From the NCBI GenBank assembly GCA_001767955.1, contig MEMO01000017.1, positions 22,090 through 86,089 of the forward strand: a stretch of 64,000 bases of DNA. The letters run 5' to 3'. Both the position numbers and the translations under genes were made by a program. A model generated the notes under the pieces. The model was not told where the DNA came from. It ran no database searches and was given only the letters and a program-made list of their open reading frames with translations. The DNA is from Alphaproteobacteria bacterium RIFCSPLOWO2_01_FULL_40_26. Its GTDB lineage: Bacteria; Pseudomonadota; Alphaproteobacteria; Rickettsiales; UBA1997. Positions 1 to 9,709 of this stretch are shown here, in pieces; positions within the stretch are counted from its first letter, which is position 1; the number at the start of each line of letters is the position of its first letter.

Positions 1-489
1 AATAACTTCGCTTTTATCGACAGCCAAAATCTGCATCTCGGCATAAAAAGTCATGGTTGGAAGCTGGATTTTGCAAGATTTTTGGTTTATTTGCGCCATC
101 GGTTTTCAGTCAAAAAAGCCTTTTTGTTTATTGGCTATATGCCGGGAAATGAAGGTCTTTACACAAAACTGCAACAAGCCGGATATGTTGTTGTTTTTAA
201 GCCAACCTTGGTTTTGGACGATGGTAGTGTTAAAGGCAATGTTGACGCCGAACTGGTTTTACACACAATGATTGAATATGAGAACTACGATAAGGCTGTG
301 ATTGTAAGTGGAGACGGAGACTTCCATTGCCTTGTTGAATATTTGGAAGAAAATCAAAAATTAGAAAAATTAATTGTCCCAAACAAAAACAAATATTCGA
401 TTCTCTTCAAAGAATTTTATAAACGCGGCATGATAAGTTTCTTGGGAGGTCTAAAAGATAAGCTACAAAAACATAAAAAAAGAGGCTGA
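1..489 (+). CDS. NYN/LabA-like (DUF88) domain protein, 5' end cut by window edge
   Basis: Frame 1 is open from nt 1 (NNFAFIDSQNLHLGIK...) into ORF 82..489. The GNVDAELV...VIVSGDGDF pattern is typical of NYN/LabA proteins. Confidence 0.6.
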   Translation, partial: NNFAFIDSQNLHLGIKSHGWKLDFARFLVYLRHRFSVKKAFLFIGYMPGNEGLYTKLQQAGYVVVFKPTLVLDDGSVKGNVDAELVLHTMIEYENYDKAVIVSGDGDFHCLVEYLEENQKLEKLIVPNKNKYSILFKEFYKRGMISFLGGLKDKLQKHKKRG

Positions 490-620
490 AATCCTCAGGA
501 TAAAACCTTTTGGACTCAGCCCCAAAAGGGGCGTCGCCTTGAGACGAAACTCTTCGGGTAATCCCCTCATCGTAATAGGCTGGCAATCTGCCTAAATAAA
601 AAAAAAACACAAGCAAACTT

Positions 621-1889
621 ATGACTTTTTTTTCCTCTGAACTTTCAAAAACAGATCCAACAATTTTTTCTTCAATTCAAAAAGAACTTGATCGTCAGAA
701 ATATCAAATCGAGCTGATTGCGTCAGAAAATATCGTGAGCCGCGCGGTGCTTGAAGCGCAAGGTTCAGTCTTTACCAACAAATATGCCGAAGGCTATCCC
801 GCAAAGCGCTATTATGGCGGTTGTGAATTTTCCGATGAAATCGAGCAAACCGCAATTGACAGGCTTTGCCAGCTTTTTGGCGCAAAGTTTGCTAATGTTC
901 AACCTCACTCCGGCGCCTCGGCAAATCTTTCGGTTTATCTCGCGCTATTACAGCCTGGCGATACGATTCTAGGGATGTCTCTTGCAGCCGGTGGTCATTT
1001 AACTCATGGCGCACAGCGCACAATTTCCGGAATGTGGTTCAAGTCAGTACAATATGGAATTCGCGCTGATGATGGTTTGATTGATTATGAACAGGCAGAA
1101 AATCTGGCACGCGAACATAAACCGAAACTGATCGTCGCCGGAATTTCATCATATCCGCGCATTGTTGATTGGACACGCTTCAAAAAAATCGCTGATGAAA
1201 TTGGCGCTTTGCTGATGGTTGATATGGCGCATATTGCCGGCCTCGTTGCTGCAGGAATTTATCCATCTCCAATCGGGATTGCCGATATTGTCACTTCCAC
1301 AACTCACAAAACTCTACGCGGACCACGCGGCGGCGTGATTTTGACTAACAATGAAGAATTGGCAAAAAAAATAAATTCTGCCGTTTTCCCCGGATTACAA
1401 GGCGGACCATTGATGCATGTGATTGCAGCAAAAGCCGTTGCTTTTGGCGAAGCGTTGAAGCCAGAATTTAAAATCTATGCCAAACAAATCGTGGCAAATG
1501 CTAAAATTCTGGCAGAAATTTTGGTCAAACGCGGTTTGAAAATCACCACCAATGGCACTGATTGCCATTTGATGGTTGTTGATCTCACTCCACTTGAAAC
1601 TTTAACCGGAAAAGAAGCAGAAAAAGTTCTGGAGCGCGCCGGCCTCACCTGCAATAAAAACGCTATTCCAAATGATCCGCGCTCACCTTTCATAACTTCC
1701 GGTCTCCGTTTTGGCACAGCCGCAGGAACCACGCGCGGCTTTAAAGAAAAAGAGTTTGAAAAAATCGGCCATATGATTTGCGATTGCCTCGAAGGCTTCG
1801 TCAAAAATGGCGAGGAGAACAATCGCGCTTTGGAACAAAAAATAAAATCTGAAGTCGTTGCTCTATGTAAACAATTTCCAATCTATTAG
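621..1889 (+). CDS. glyA: serine hydroxymethyltransferase
   Basis: 422-aa ORF with the PLP-lysine motif [14 protein letters not shown] and full-length SHMT-like sequence. Confidence 0.97.
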   Translation: MTFFSSELSKTDPTIFSSIQKELDRQKYQIELIASENIVSRAVLEAQGSVFTNKYAEGYPAKRYYGGCEFSDEIEQTAIDRLCQLFGAKFANVQPHSGASANLSVYLALLQPGDTILGMSLAAGGHLTHGAQRTISGMWFKSVQYGIRADDGLIDYEQAENLAREHKPKLIVAGISSYPRIVDWTRFKKIADEIGALLMVDMAHIAGLVAAGIYPSPIGIADIVTSTTHKTLRGPRGGVILTNNEELAKKINSAVFPGLQGGPLMHVIAAKAVAFGEALKPEFKIYAKQIVANAKILAEILVKRGLKITTNGTDCHLMVVDLTPLETLTGKEAEKVLERAGLTCNKNAIPNDPRSPFITSGLRFGTAAGTTRGFKEKEFEKIGHMICDCLEGFVKNGEENNRALEQKIKSEVVALCKQFPIY

Positions 1890-1897
1890 AGGCAAAA

Positions 1898-2569
1898 ATG
1901 GCTGATAAAATAAAACTGGTCACATCCAAATTTTCCCCCTACGGCCATCGTGTTGAGATGGTTCTAATCGAAAAAAATATTCCTTATGAAAAACAGGAAA
2001 TTGATCTCGCAAACAAGCCGGATTGGTTTGTAAAAGATTCGCCACTTGGCAAAGCTCCTTTGCTTTATGTTGGTAAAAAAGTTTTATTTGAATCAATCGC
2101 CATTTGTGAATATCTTGAGGAGACATTTTTAGAAATCCCTCTTCATCCCAAAGATCCTCTGACTAAAGCGGCTCACCGCGCCTGGATGGAAGTTAGCAGC
2201 TCAGTTTTAGCCGGAACTTTTGGAATTATTTTTTCGCAAAATCAGGAAGAATTCGACATAAAAAAGGCTGATGTTTCAACAAAACTGGCAACTCTTGATA
2301 AGCATCTAAAATTCAATCCTTATTTTGAAGGCGACAAAGTTTCTTTGGTTGATATCTTTTTTGCCTCAGCCTTCAAACCCCTCACCTTCATTGACCAAAA
2401 ATTTACTCTGGAAATTTTTGATCTTCACAAAAGCCTTTCCGCTTATGTTGAAGGCATCATCACTCGCGGCTCTTTGAGCAAAGCTCTTCCAAATGATTAT
2501 GAAGAAATTTTCAAAGCCTTCCTCGAAAGAAAAAAATCGCACCTGCTGACAATGAGCTTCAGCTTATAG
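1898..2569 (+). CDS. glutathione S-transferase family protein
   Basis: 223 aa. The N-terminal thioredoxin-like GST pattern (SPYGHRVEMVL...LFESIAICEYLEE) is followed by a helical C-terminal domain. Confidence 0.8.
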   Translation: MADKIKLVTSKFSPYGHRVEMVLIEKNIPYEKQEIDLANKPDWFVKDSPLGKAPLLYVGKKVLFESIAICEYLEETFLEIPLHPKDPLTKAAHRAWMEVSSSVLAGTFGIIFSQNQEEFDIKKADVSTKLATLDKHLKFNPYFEGDKVSLVDIFFASAFKPLTFIDQKFTLEIFDLHKSLSAYVEGIITRGSLSKALPNDYEEIFKAFLERKKSHLLTMSFSL

Positions 2570-2576
2570 CTCCTCA

Positions 2577-2622
2577 GAACCTGTCTAAAATCTGGGGTTA
2601 AAAAAGATTTTAGACAGGTTCT
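2577..2622. repeat. minimal B-family palindrome, a terminator-like hairpin after the GST gene
   Basis: The 18-nt arms agaacctgtctaaaatct and agattttagacaggttct are perfect reverse complements. The same arm sequence ends the longer elements at 11601 and 18667. Confidence 0.75.
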
Positions 2623-2641
2623 CAATCACTTTTACTACTGA

Positions 2642-3601
2642 ATGAAAATTTTAATCACCGGCGCTCTTGGTCAGATTGGCTCCGAACTTACGGCAGAACT
2701 GAAAAAAAATTATGGCGAAAAAAATATTGTCACTTCCGATGTGCGTGAAGGACAAATTCCTGAAGAATTTTTGCCTTATGAAAAACTTGATGTGCTAGAT
2801 AAATCTCGACTTGCCGAGATCATAAAAAAACACGATATCAAAGTAATTTATCACCTTGCGGCAATTCTTTCCGCCGCCGGAGAAAAAAATCATAATTTAT
2901 GCTGGAACGTGAATATGACTGGCCTGCACAATGTTTTGGAAATGGCGCGAGAATTGAATTTGAAGCAAATTATCTGCCCAAGTTCAATCGCAGTTTTCGG
3001 GCCGGAAACGCCGCGCGACAACACTCCGCAAGAAACAGTGATTTTGCCAAAAACCATGTATGGCTTAACCAAAGCCGCCGGGGAATTATTGTGCGATTAT
3101 TACGTTGCCAAATTCGGCATTGACGTGCGCGGCCTACGCTATCCTGGTCTCATCAGCTACAAAACTTTGCCTGGCGGCGGAACAACCGATTATGCGGTAG
3201 AAATTTTTTACGAAGCGATCAGGAAAAAATCCTATCAATGTTTTTTATCAGCTAACACAACCTTGCCGATGATGTATATGCCTGATGCCATCAGAGGCAC
3301 AATCGAACTGGCAGAAGCGCAATTTTTAAAACTCGAAAACCATTCCGATTTCAATTTCGCGGGAGTGAGCTTTTCCTGCGCCGAACTTGCCGCAGAAATT
3401 CAAAAACATATTCCTGATTTTAAAATCACATACCAACCTGATTTTCGCCAAAAAATTGCCGATTCATGGCCAAGATCAATCGATGATTCCACATCGCGTA
3501 AACAGTGGGGATGGAAGGTTGAATATGATTTAGAAAAGATGGTGCGGGATATGATTTTAAACCTGCGAAAGAAGCTGAATGGCTATTCAACAATTTCATA
3601 G
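2642..3601 (+). CDS. NAD-dependent epimerase/dehydratase family protein, L-threonine 3-dehydrogenase-like
   Basis: 319 aa with a GALGQIGS Rossmann motif. [22 protein letters not shown] (YxxxK) and [10 protein letters not shown] resemble short-chain-type TDH. Confidence 0.75.
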   Translation: MKILITGALGQIGSELTAELKKNYGEKNIVTSDVREGQIPEEFLPYEKLDVLDKSRLAEIIKKHDIKVIYHLAAILSAAGEKNHNLCWNVNMTGLHNVLEMARELNLKQIICPSSIAVFGPETPRDNTPQETVILPKTMYGLTKAAGELLCDYYVAKFGIDVRGLRYPGLISYKTLPGGGTTDYAVEIFYEAIRKKSYQCFLSANTTLPMMYMPDAIRGTIELAEAQFLKLENHSDFNFAGVSFSCAELAAEIQKHIPDFKITYQPDFRQKIADSWPRSIDDSTSRKQWGWKVEYDLEKMVRDMILNLRKKLNGYSTIS

Positions 3602-4005
3602 CCTGCGAAGAAAAATGCGATTTCGTTTTTAGCGTTCTCTAAATTATCAGAACCATGAACGGAATTGGCTTCGATTGATTCAGCAAATTCTTTGCGGATT
3701 GTGCTTTGAACTGCATCTTTTGGATTTGTTGCTCCCATAATTTCACGATTTTTTGCCACAGCATTTTCACCTTTTAACACCTGTACCACAACCGGACCGG
3801 ATGTCATAAATCTCACCAAATCCTTGTAAAATGGACGTTCGCGATGAATGGCATAAAATTCACCAGCCATTTTTTCTGAAAGCTGTAATCTTTTTTGCGC
3901 CACAATTTTTAAACCAGACTCTTCAAATTTTGCGTTGATTTTGCCAGTGAGATTTCTTTTAGTTGCGTCGGGCTTGATGATGGATAAAGTCAGTTCGATA
4001 GCCAT
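3583..4005 (-). CDS. ndk: nucleoside diphosphate kinase
   Basis: 140 aa with LSIIKPDA and NSVHGSD active-site motifs. It overlaps the convergent upstream gene by 19 nt. Confidence 0.97.
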   Translation of the reverse strand: MAIELTLSIIKPDATKRNLTGKINAKFEESGLKIVAQKRLQLSEKMAGEFYAIHRERPFYKDLVRFMTSGPVVVQVLKGENAVAKNREIMGATNPKDAVQSTIRKEFAESIEANSVHGSDNLENAKNEIAFFFAGYEIVE

Positions 4006-4078
4006 AATTTAAAAAATTTGAATTTTGGAATTAAAGAGGCGCGGCAAGCTAGAAACTGAAACTTGAATTTCAACAAAC

Positions 4079-4384
4079 ATGACAATCGAAGAACTTTTTA
4101 ACATTCTTAAACAAAAAATTTCTGCCGAAGAAAAAAATTCCTACACCTACGAGCTTGTCAAAGGAGGTGTTGAAAAAATCACACGCAAAATTGGCGAAGA
4201 GGCTTTGGAAGTGGTGATTGCAAGCTTCATCCACCAAAAAAATTCAAACACAAAAACCCGCAAAGAATTAATCGGCGAAGTCTGCGATTTATTCTATCAC
4301 ACCTTGGTTTTATTGACTTCACAACAAATCGAATTTGATGAAGTTTTAAAAGAATTACACAAAAGAAATAAAAATAGATCCTGA
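4079..4384 (+). CDS. hisE: phosphoribosyl-ATP pyrophosphohydrolase (MazG-like HisE)
   Basis: 101 aa. KIGEEALEVVIA and EVCDLFYHTLVLL are typical of HisE. The stop codon lies inside the palindrome at 4375-4442. Confidence 0.8.
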   Translation: MTIEELFNILKQKISAEEKNSYTYELVKGGVEKITRKIGEEALEVVIASFIHQKNSNTKTRKELIGEVCDLFYHTLVLLTSQQIEFDEVLKELHKRNKNRS

Positions 4385-4442
4385 AACAAGTTCAGGATGA
4401 CCAGCGTGGTAGGACGTCATCCTGAACTTGTTTCAGGATCTA
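4375..4442. repeat. perfect palindrome with 27-nt arms
   Basis: tagatcctgaaacaagttcaggatgac (4375-4401) is the exact reverse complement of 4416-4442, with a 14-nt loop. It covers the hisE stop. Confidence 0.9.
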
Positions 4443-4458
4443 TCATCAACATGTTAAA

Positions 4459-4782
4459 ATGAATAGCATAACTCTGAGTAACACAGCATTAGCACGCATT
4501 AACGAGATAAAACAAAAACCAGAAAATCGGGAAAAGTTTTTGCGCATCTCTGTTTCCGGCGGCGGTTGCAGCGGTTTCCAATATGTTTTTGAACTTGATG
4601 GCAAAAGGCACAAAGATGATGTTGAAATCGTCAAAAACATCGCCATCACCGATGAAACTTCTTTACCATTTTTAAATGGCGCAGAAATTGAATTTGTAAA
4701 AGAACTCGGAGCATCATATTTCAAAGTGAATAATCCGAATGCCAAGGCAAAATGCGGCTGCGGCAGTTCATTTAGCGTTTAA
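4459..4782 (+). CDS. erpA: iron-sulfur cluster insertion protein (HesB/IscA/ErpA family)
   Basis: 107 aa with GGGCSGFQY and the C-terminal CGCGSSF cysteine motif. Confidence 0.9.
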   Translation: MNSITLSNTALARINEIKQKPENREKFLRISVSGGGCSGFQYVFELDGKRHKDDVEIVKNIAITDETSLPFLNGAEIEFVKELGASYFKVNNPNAKAKCGCGSSFSV

Positions 4783-4790
4783 ATTATCCC

Positions 4791-5630
4791 ATGTTTTTTC
4801 AACAAATTATCTTCACCCTTCAAAATTTTTGGGCAGCGCAAGGCTGTGCAATTCTGCAACCAATTGATATTGAAGTTGGCGCCGGCACTTTACATCCAGC
4901 CACAGTTTTGCATGCCTTGGGAAGTAAGCCGTGGAAAGTGGCTTATGTTCAACCTTCGCGCCGACCAACTGACGCACGCTATGCACAAAATCCCAATCGC
5001 CTTTCGCATTATTACCAATTCCAGGTTTTGCTAAAACCAGCACCGAAAAACATCAAAGATCTCTATCTGCAAAGCCTCGATCTGATTGGTTTAAACACCA
5101 AAGAAAATGATGTTCGTTTTGTTGAAGATGATTGGGAAAATCCGTCGGTTGGCGCATCGGGCTTGGGATGGGAAGTGTGGTTTAACGGCATGGAAATCAC
5201 GCAATTCACCTATATGCAACAAGTTGGCGGTATTGAATGCGATTTGATTGCCGGCGAAATCACCTATGGTTTGGAGCGCATCGCCATGCATATCCAAAAT
5301 GTCAATTCAGTTTTCGACATCAAGTGGAACGAGGAATTTACCTACGCCGACATTTTCAAACAGGCCGAAATTGAAAATTCCTCCTTCATTCTTGAGCATT
5401 CAAATCTTGAAATTCTTTTTAGAAATTTTGCCGAAAGCGTTGCGCAATCGCGACTTTTATCAGAAAAAAAATTACCAATTCCAGCTTATGAACAAGCGCT
5501 TAAAGCCAGTCATTTTCTAAATCTACTTGATGCCAGAAGCGCAATTTCGGTTAACGAAAGAGCTTCCTACATCGCACAAATTCGCACTTTGGTAAAGGCA
5601 GCTTGCGAATTAATAAATAATCAATCTTGA
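4791..5630 (+). CDS. glyQ: glycine--tRNA ligase alpha subunit
   Basis: 279 aa. The N-terminus ([33 protein letters not shown]) matches the GlyQ pattern. Confidence 0.96.
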   Translation: MFFQQIIFTLQNFWAAQGCAILQPIDIEVGAGTLHPATVLHALGSKPWKVAYVQPSRRPTDARYAQNPNRLSHYYQFQVLLKPAPKNIKDLYLQSLDLIGLNTKENDVRFVEDDWENPSVGASGLGWEVWFNGMEITQFTYMQQVGGIECDLIAGEITYGLERIAMHIQNVNSVFDIKWNEEFTYADIFKQAEIENSSFILEHSNLEILFRNFAESVAQSRLLSEKKLPIPAYEQALKASHFLNLLDARSAISVNERASYIAQIRTLVKAACELINNQS

Positions 5631-5634
5631 ATTT

Positions 5635-8079
5635 ATGGATTATCTTGAACCAGTATCAATTCTTCGCACCACTGAAAATTTTCTTGATCAGATTCCGCAT
5701 TTGGGCTGTATAACTGCCCTGCTCTGCCTATTATTTGCCTACAAAAAATTTTCTGCATCTCCCTATCTGCTGGTTCTAACGGTTTATTTTCTTAAACATG
5801 ATTACGGTTTGATTTTCTGGGGAAGCTACGCCTTTATCGCAACTTTTTTGACCTTTCCGTTAGCGCGCCGCATCGTAATTACCCAACCTTTGATTTGTCT
5901 GATTAAAAAACTCGGACTTTTGCCAAAAATTTCTGAAACTGAAAAAATCGCCCTCACCTCAGGCACAATCTGGGTTGATGGCGAATTATTTTCCGGACGT
6001 CCCAACTTCAAATGGATTTTTAGCCAAAAATATCCGCAGCTCACAGCTGAAGAACATAGCTTTCTTGAACATGAAGTTGAAGAGCTGTGCAAAATCTGTG
6101 TTGATTACGAAGTGCAAAAATTGCGCGATTTGCCGGAAAATGTTTGGGAATTTTTACGTCAGAAAAAATTCTTCGGCATGATCATTCCCAAAGAATTTGG
6201 CGGACTCGGATTTTCGGCATATGCCCATAGCTGCGTCATTGAAAAACTTTCTTCGCGCTCAGTTCCACTCGCCATCACCGCCATGGTTCCAAACTCGCTC
6301 GGACCTGCGGAATTATTGCTGCATTATGGCACTAAAGAACAACGTGATCACTATTTGCCACGCCTTGCTGATGGTCGTGAATTGCCTTGCTTTGCCTTGA
6401 CTGAACCAACTGCCGGCTCTGATGCCACTTCAATAATTGCAAATGGCACTCTTTTCAAAGACGCTGATGAAATCAAAATCCGCCTCAACTGGAACAAGCG
6501 TTACATCACGCTTGGTGCTTATGCCACCATCATCGGCGTTGCTTTTCAATTGCGTGATCCAGAAAAAATTCTTTTTGCAAATGAAGAAGTCGGCATCACT
6601 TGTGCCTTGATTCCGCACACAACCAAAGGCGTGCGCCAAGGCCGCAGACATGATCCGCTCGCCACTCCTTTCATCAATTCTCCACTTAATGGCGAAAATG
6701 TTGTCGTCGGCTTAGATGCCGTAATTGGCGGACAAAACGGACTTGGCAAAGGTTGGAAAATGCTGATGGAATGTTTGGCCGCAGGCCGCGGAATTTCCCT
6801 TCCTTCAACTTCTTCCGGCGGCTCAAAATTAGTGGCGCGCACTGTCAGCGCTTACTCGGCAATTCGTCAGCAATTCGGTGTTGCCATCGGAAAATTCGAC
6901 GGTGTGGAAGAGGTTTTAGCCAGAATCGCTTCACGAACTTATGCGCTCGACGCCATGCGTAGCTTCACTGCAGGTTCAGTTGATTCCGGCGCAAAACCGG
7001 CAGTCATCACCGCAATTGCCAAATATCACGCCACCGAAATGTTTCGCCAAAACATCAATGACGGCATGGATATCATGGGTGGACGCGGCATCATTCGCGG
7101 GCCACGCAACATTCTTGCCAATGCTTATTTTTCGACACCGATTTCAATCACGGTTGAAGGCGCAAATATCATGACCAGAAGCCTGATCCATTTCGGACAG
7201 GGCGCGATAATGTGTCATCCTCATGCCTACAAGGAAATCACCGCTTTGGAAAAAAATGACCTCAAAGCTTTTGATCATGAATTTTTTGCCCATATCAATC
7301 ATCTCATAAGCAATTTTGTACGTTCGATAATTTTATCACTCACTCGCGGCTATTTCAGAAAGCCTTTCAAAAACGGTATCATCGCAAAATATGAAAGAAA
7401 AATTGCCTGGTGTTCTGCAACTTTTGCTTTGCTTGCTGACGTCGCTCTGGCACGTTTCGGCGGCAATTTGAAACGTAAAGAAAAAATTAACGGACGTTTT
7501 GGCGATGTGCTTTCTGCCATGTATATCGCGGTTTGTGTGCTGAAAAAATTTGACGAAAATGGCCACAAAAAAGAAGAAATTCCTTTGGTTGAACATGCCA
7601 TAAAAGAACAACTCGGCAAAGCGCAAAATGCTATTGACGGGCTCTATCAAAATCTTTTTGGTTGCGTTGGAAAAATGCTGCTCTGGCCTTTTGCCATGTG
7701 GGCGCGTTTCAATGCTTTTTCATGCCCTGCCGATGATAATCTTGGACATGCGATAGTAAAAAACTTCATCAAAAACGGCGAACTGCGTAGCGAGATCACT
7801 CATGGAATTTTTGTTGCCAAAGACAAAAACGACAATCTCGGACGCCTTGAAAACGCATTGCTCCTGCAAGAAAAATCCGAAAATGTGCGTGAAAAAATCA
7901 AATCAGCAATCAAGTCTAAAACCTTGCCACACAAGCGTTTGGAAGATTTGGTTGAATTGGCATTTGAAAAAACGATTATAAATCTTGAAGAAAAACATCT
8001 TTTGCAAGATGTGCAAAATGCGGTGTTGGACGCTATGCAAGTCGATGAATACTCGCTTGAAGACTATAAAAAAATATGA
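5635..8079 (+). CDS. fadE: long-type acyl-CoA dehydrogenase (FadE-like)
   Basis: 814 aa. N-terminal TM segments are followed by an ACAD core (CFALTEPTAGSDA, ITVEGANIMTRSLI) and the FadE-type C-terminal extension. Confidence 0.88.
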   Translation: MDYLEPVSILRTTENFLDQIPHLGCITALLCLLFAYKKFSASPYLLVLTVYFLKHDYGLIFWGSYAFIATFLTFPLARRIVITQPLICLIKKLGLLPKISETEKIALTSGTIWVDGELFSGRPNFKWIFSQKYPQLTAEEHSFLEHEVEELCKICVDYEVQKLRDLPENVWEFLRQKKFFGMIIPKEFGGLGFSAYAHSCVIEKLSSRSVPLAITAMVPNSLGPAELLLHYGTKEQRDHYLPRLADGRELPCFALTEPTAGSDATSIIANGTLFKDADEIKIRLNWNKRYITLGAYATIIGVAFQLRDPEKILFANEEVGITCALIPHTTKGVRQGRRHDPLATPFINSPLNGENVVVGLDAVIGGQNGLGKGWKMLMECLAAGRGISLPSTSSGGSKLVARTVSAYSAIRQQFGVAIGKFDGVEEVLARIASRTYALDAMRSFTAGSVDSGAKPAVITAIAKYHATEMFRQNINDGMDIMGGRGIIRGPRNILANAYFSTPISITVEGANIMTRSLIHFGQGAIMCHPHAYKEITALEKNDLKAFDHEFFAHINHLISNFVRSIILSLTRGYFRKPFKNGIIAKYERKIAWCSATFALLADVALARFGGNLKRKEKINGRFGDVLSAMYIAVCVLKKFDENGHKKEEIPLVEHAIKEQLGKAQNAIDGLYQNLFGCVGKMLLWPFAMWARFNAFSCPADDNLGHAIVKNFIKNGELRSEITHGIFVAKDKNDNLGRLENALLLQEKSENVREKIKSAIKSKTLPHKRLEDLVELAFEKTIINLEEKHLLQDVQNAVLDAMQVDEYSLEDYKKI

Positions 8080-8642
8080 TTCTGCTGATAGATAACTATG
8101 ACAGTTTCACCTACAACCTCTACCACTACTTGATTCAAGCCGGTGAAAAGCAGGTTGTGGTTAAGCGTAATGATGAAATTTCCGTTGCCGAAATCAAAAA
8201 AATGAAACCGCGCGGTATCGTGTTATCACCGGGCCCATGCACTCCAAATGACGCAGGAATTTGTTTGGAAATCATTAAAAAATTGCAGGGAATTTTTCCG
8301 ATTTTTGGCGTTTGCCTTGGTCATCAAGCTATTGGTCAAGCCTTTGGCGGTAAGGTTGTAAAGACTTATCCAATGCATGGAAAAGTCAGCGAAATTTTTC
8401 ATCAAGGAAAAAATATTTTTAAAGGTCTGCCCTCGCCTTTTAAGGCAGCACGCTATCATTCACTAATAATTGAAAAAAAAACCTGTCCGAAAAATTTGCA
8501 GATTACTGCCGAAACCAAAGAAGGAATAATCATGGGAATTGCCGACGAAAAACTAAAAATTTTTGGTGTGCAATTTCATCCAGAATCAATCGCCTCAGAA
8601 CACGGCCACACAATCATTAAAAATTTTTTGAAAATAATTTAA
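8076..8642 (+). CDS. trpG: anthranilate/aminodeoxychorismate synthase component II (glutamine amidotransferase)
   Basis: 188 aa with IDNYDSFTYNL, the GVCLGHQ catalytic Cys and FHPES. It has an ATGA overlap with fadE. trpG versus pabA cannot be resolved from sequence alone. Confidence 0.9.
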   Translation: MILLIDNYDSFTYNLYHYLIQAGEKQVVVKRNDEISVAEIKKMKPRGIVLSPGPCTPNDAGICLEIIKKLQGIFPIFGVCLGHQAIGQAFGGKVVKTYPMHGKVSEIFHQGKNIFKGLPSPFKAARYHSLIIEKKTCPKNLQITAETKEGIIMGIADEKLKIFGVQFHPESIASEHGHTIIKNFLKII

Positions 8643-8655
8643 AACCTAACCAAAC

Positions 8656-8914
8656 ATGCCTGAAATCAGCCGCTTCTTGGGAATTGTAATTTCGATGTAT
8701 TACAACGAACACAATCCACCGCATTTCCATGCAAAATATGGAAGATATAAAATTTCTGTTGAAATTGAGTCTGGCATTGTCCAGCGGTAAATTTCCAAAA
8801 AGAGCTTTGAGAGCAGTGCTTGATTGGTATGATCTTCACAGGAAAGAATTGCTACAAAACTGGAAATTGGCGCTTAAAGACGTGCCTTTAAATAAAATAA
8901 AACCTTTGGAGTAA
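8656..8914 (+). pseudogene. DUF4160-family gene, frameshifted copy
   Basis: MPEISRFLGIVISMYYNEHNPPHFHAKYG... stops at TAA 8788-8790. The family's C-terminal half (GKFPKRALRAVLDWYDLHRKELLQNW...) continues in the +1 frame (ORF 8729..8914). A single-nt indel lies near 8775-8788. Confidence 0.6.
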
Positions 8915-8917
8915 GTT

Positions 8918-9193
8918 ATGTTTGAATCCGTAATCAAAGCAAAACACATTGATGGCTATAAAATATGGCTCACCTTTGATGATGGCAGCGCTGGAGAAAT
9001 TGATTTAACCAGAAGTTTAAAAAATCGAGGCGGTGTTTTTAGGCCACTACGAAACATGGAATATTTCAAAAAATTTAAAATAGAAAATGACACTTTATCC
9101 TGGAACAATGGCGCTGATCTTGCTCCAGAATTTTTGTATGAAATGCTGAAAAAAGAGACAAAAAATAAAACAAATTTAACCAAACATGCCTGA
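8918..9193 (+). CDS. DUF2442-family protein
   Basis: 91 aa with a W/LTFDDGSAGEIDL ... WNNGADLAPEFLY pattern. It is paired downstream of the DUF4160 gene. Confidence 0.75.
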   Translation: MFESVIKAKHIDGYKIWLTFDDGSAGEIDLTRSLKNRGGVFRPLRNMEYFKKFKIENDTLSWNNGADLAPEFLYEMLKKETKNKTNLTKHA

Positions 9194-9446
9194 AATCAGC
9201 CGCTTCTTGGGAATTGTAATTAAAATGTATTTTCAGGATCACAATCCTCCGCATTTTCATGTTGAGTATGGTCAATATACAGCAAGTATAAATATGGAAG
9301 ACTTCGCAATCATAAAAGGAAACTTACCTCCGAGAATTCATGGCCTGATAACAGAATGGGCTTCGCTACACAAAAACGAGCTTCTTGACAATTGGAACAA
9401 AGCAAAAGAATTAAAAAACTTAAAAAGTATTAAACCTTTAGTTTAA
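9186..9446 (+). CDS. DUF4160-family protein (intact copy)
   Basis: 86 aa starting MPEISRFLGIVIKMYFQDHNPPHFHVEYG. It overlaps the preceding gene by 8 nt. Confidence 0.8.
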   Translation: MPEISRFLGIVIKMYFQDHNPPHFHVEYGQYTASINMEDFAIIKGNLPPRIHGLITEWASLHKNELLDNWNKAKELKNLKSIKPLV

Positions 9447-9450
9447 AGCT

Positions 9451-9708
9451 ATGCACAAATTTAATGTAGAAACTGCACAATACAAAAATGACTACAAAAT
9501 ATTCCTGACTTTTGATGATGGAAAAAGTGGAATTGTTGATTTGAAAAACTTTCTTTTTGACCAGGATTGCGGAATTTTCACAAGGTTAAAAGACAAAACC
9601 TATTTCAAAAATTTTGTTATTGATTCCCACACCATAACTTGGGGAGATGACCTTGATTTAGCTCCAGAATTTTTGCATAAAATATTGAAGTCCGATAGCA
9701 AAAAATGA
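9451..9708 (+). CDS. DUF2442-family protein
   Basis: 85 aa with LTFDDGKSGIVDL ... ITWGDDLDLAPEFLH. This is the second DUF4160/DUF2442 pair. Confidence 0.8.
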   Translation: MHKFNVETAQYKNDYKIFLTFDDGKSGIVDLKNFLFDQDCGIFTRLKDKTYFKNFVIDSHTITWGDDLDLAPEFLHKILKSDSKK

Positions 9709-9709
9709 A

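Noticed and set aside
490-620. A relatively GC-rich, hairpin-capable leader lies between the NYN gene and glyA (for example gcccc-aaaa-ggggc and gag-acgaaa-ctc). I considered a riboswitch of the glycine, ZTP/pfl or THF type.
   Set aside because: I could not find the conserved cores of those riboswitches (for example CACCGAAGGGGCAA/CUCAGGCAAAAGGAC for glycine, or CCGCCUGGGC for ZTP). An Infernal/Rfam scan would settle it. A significant hit would overturn this rejection.
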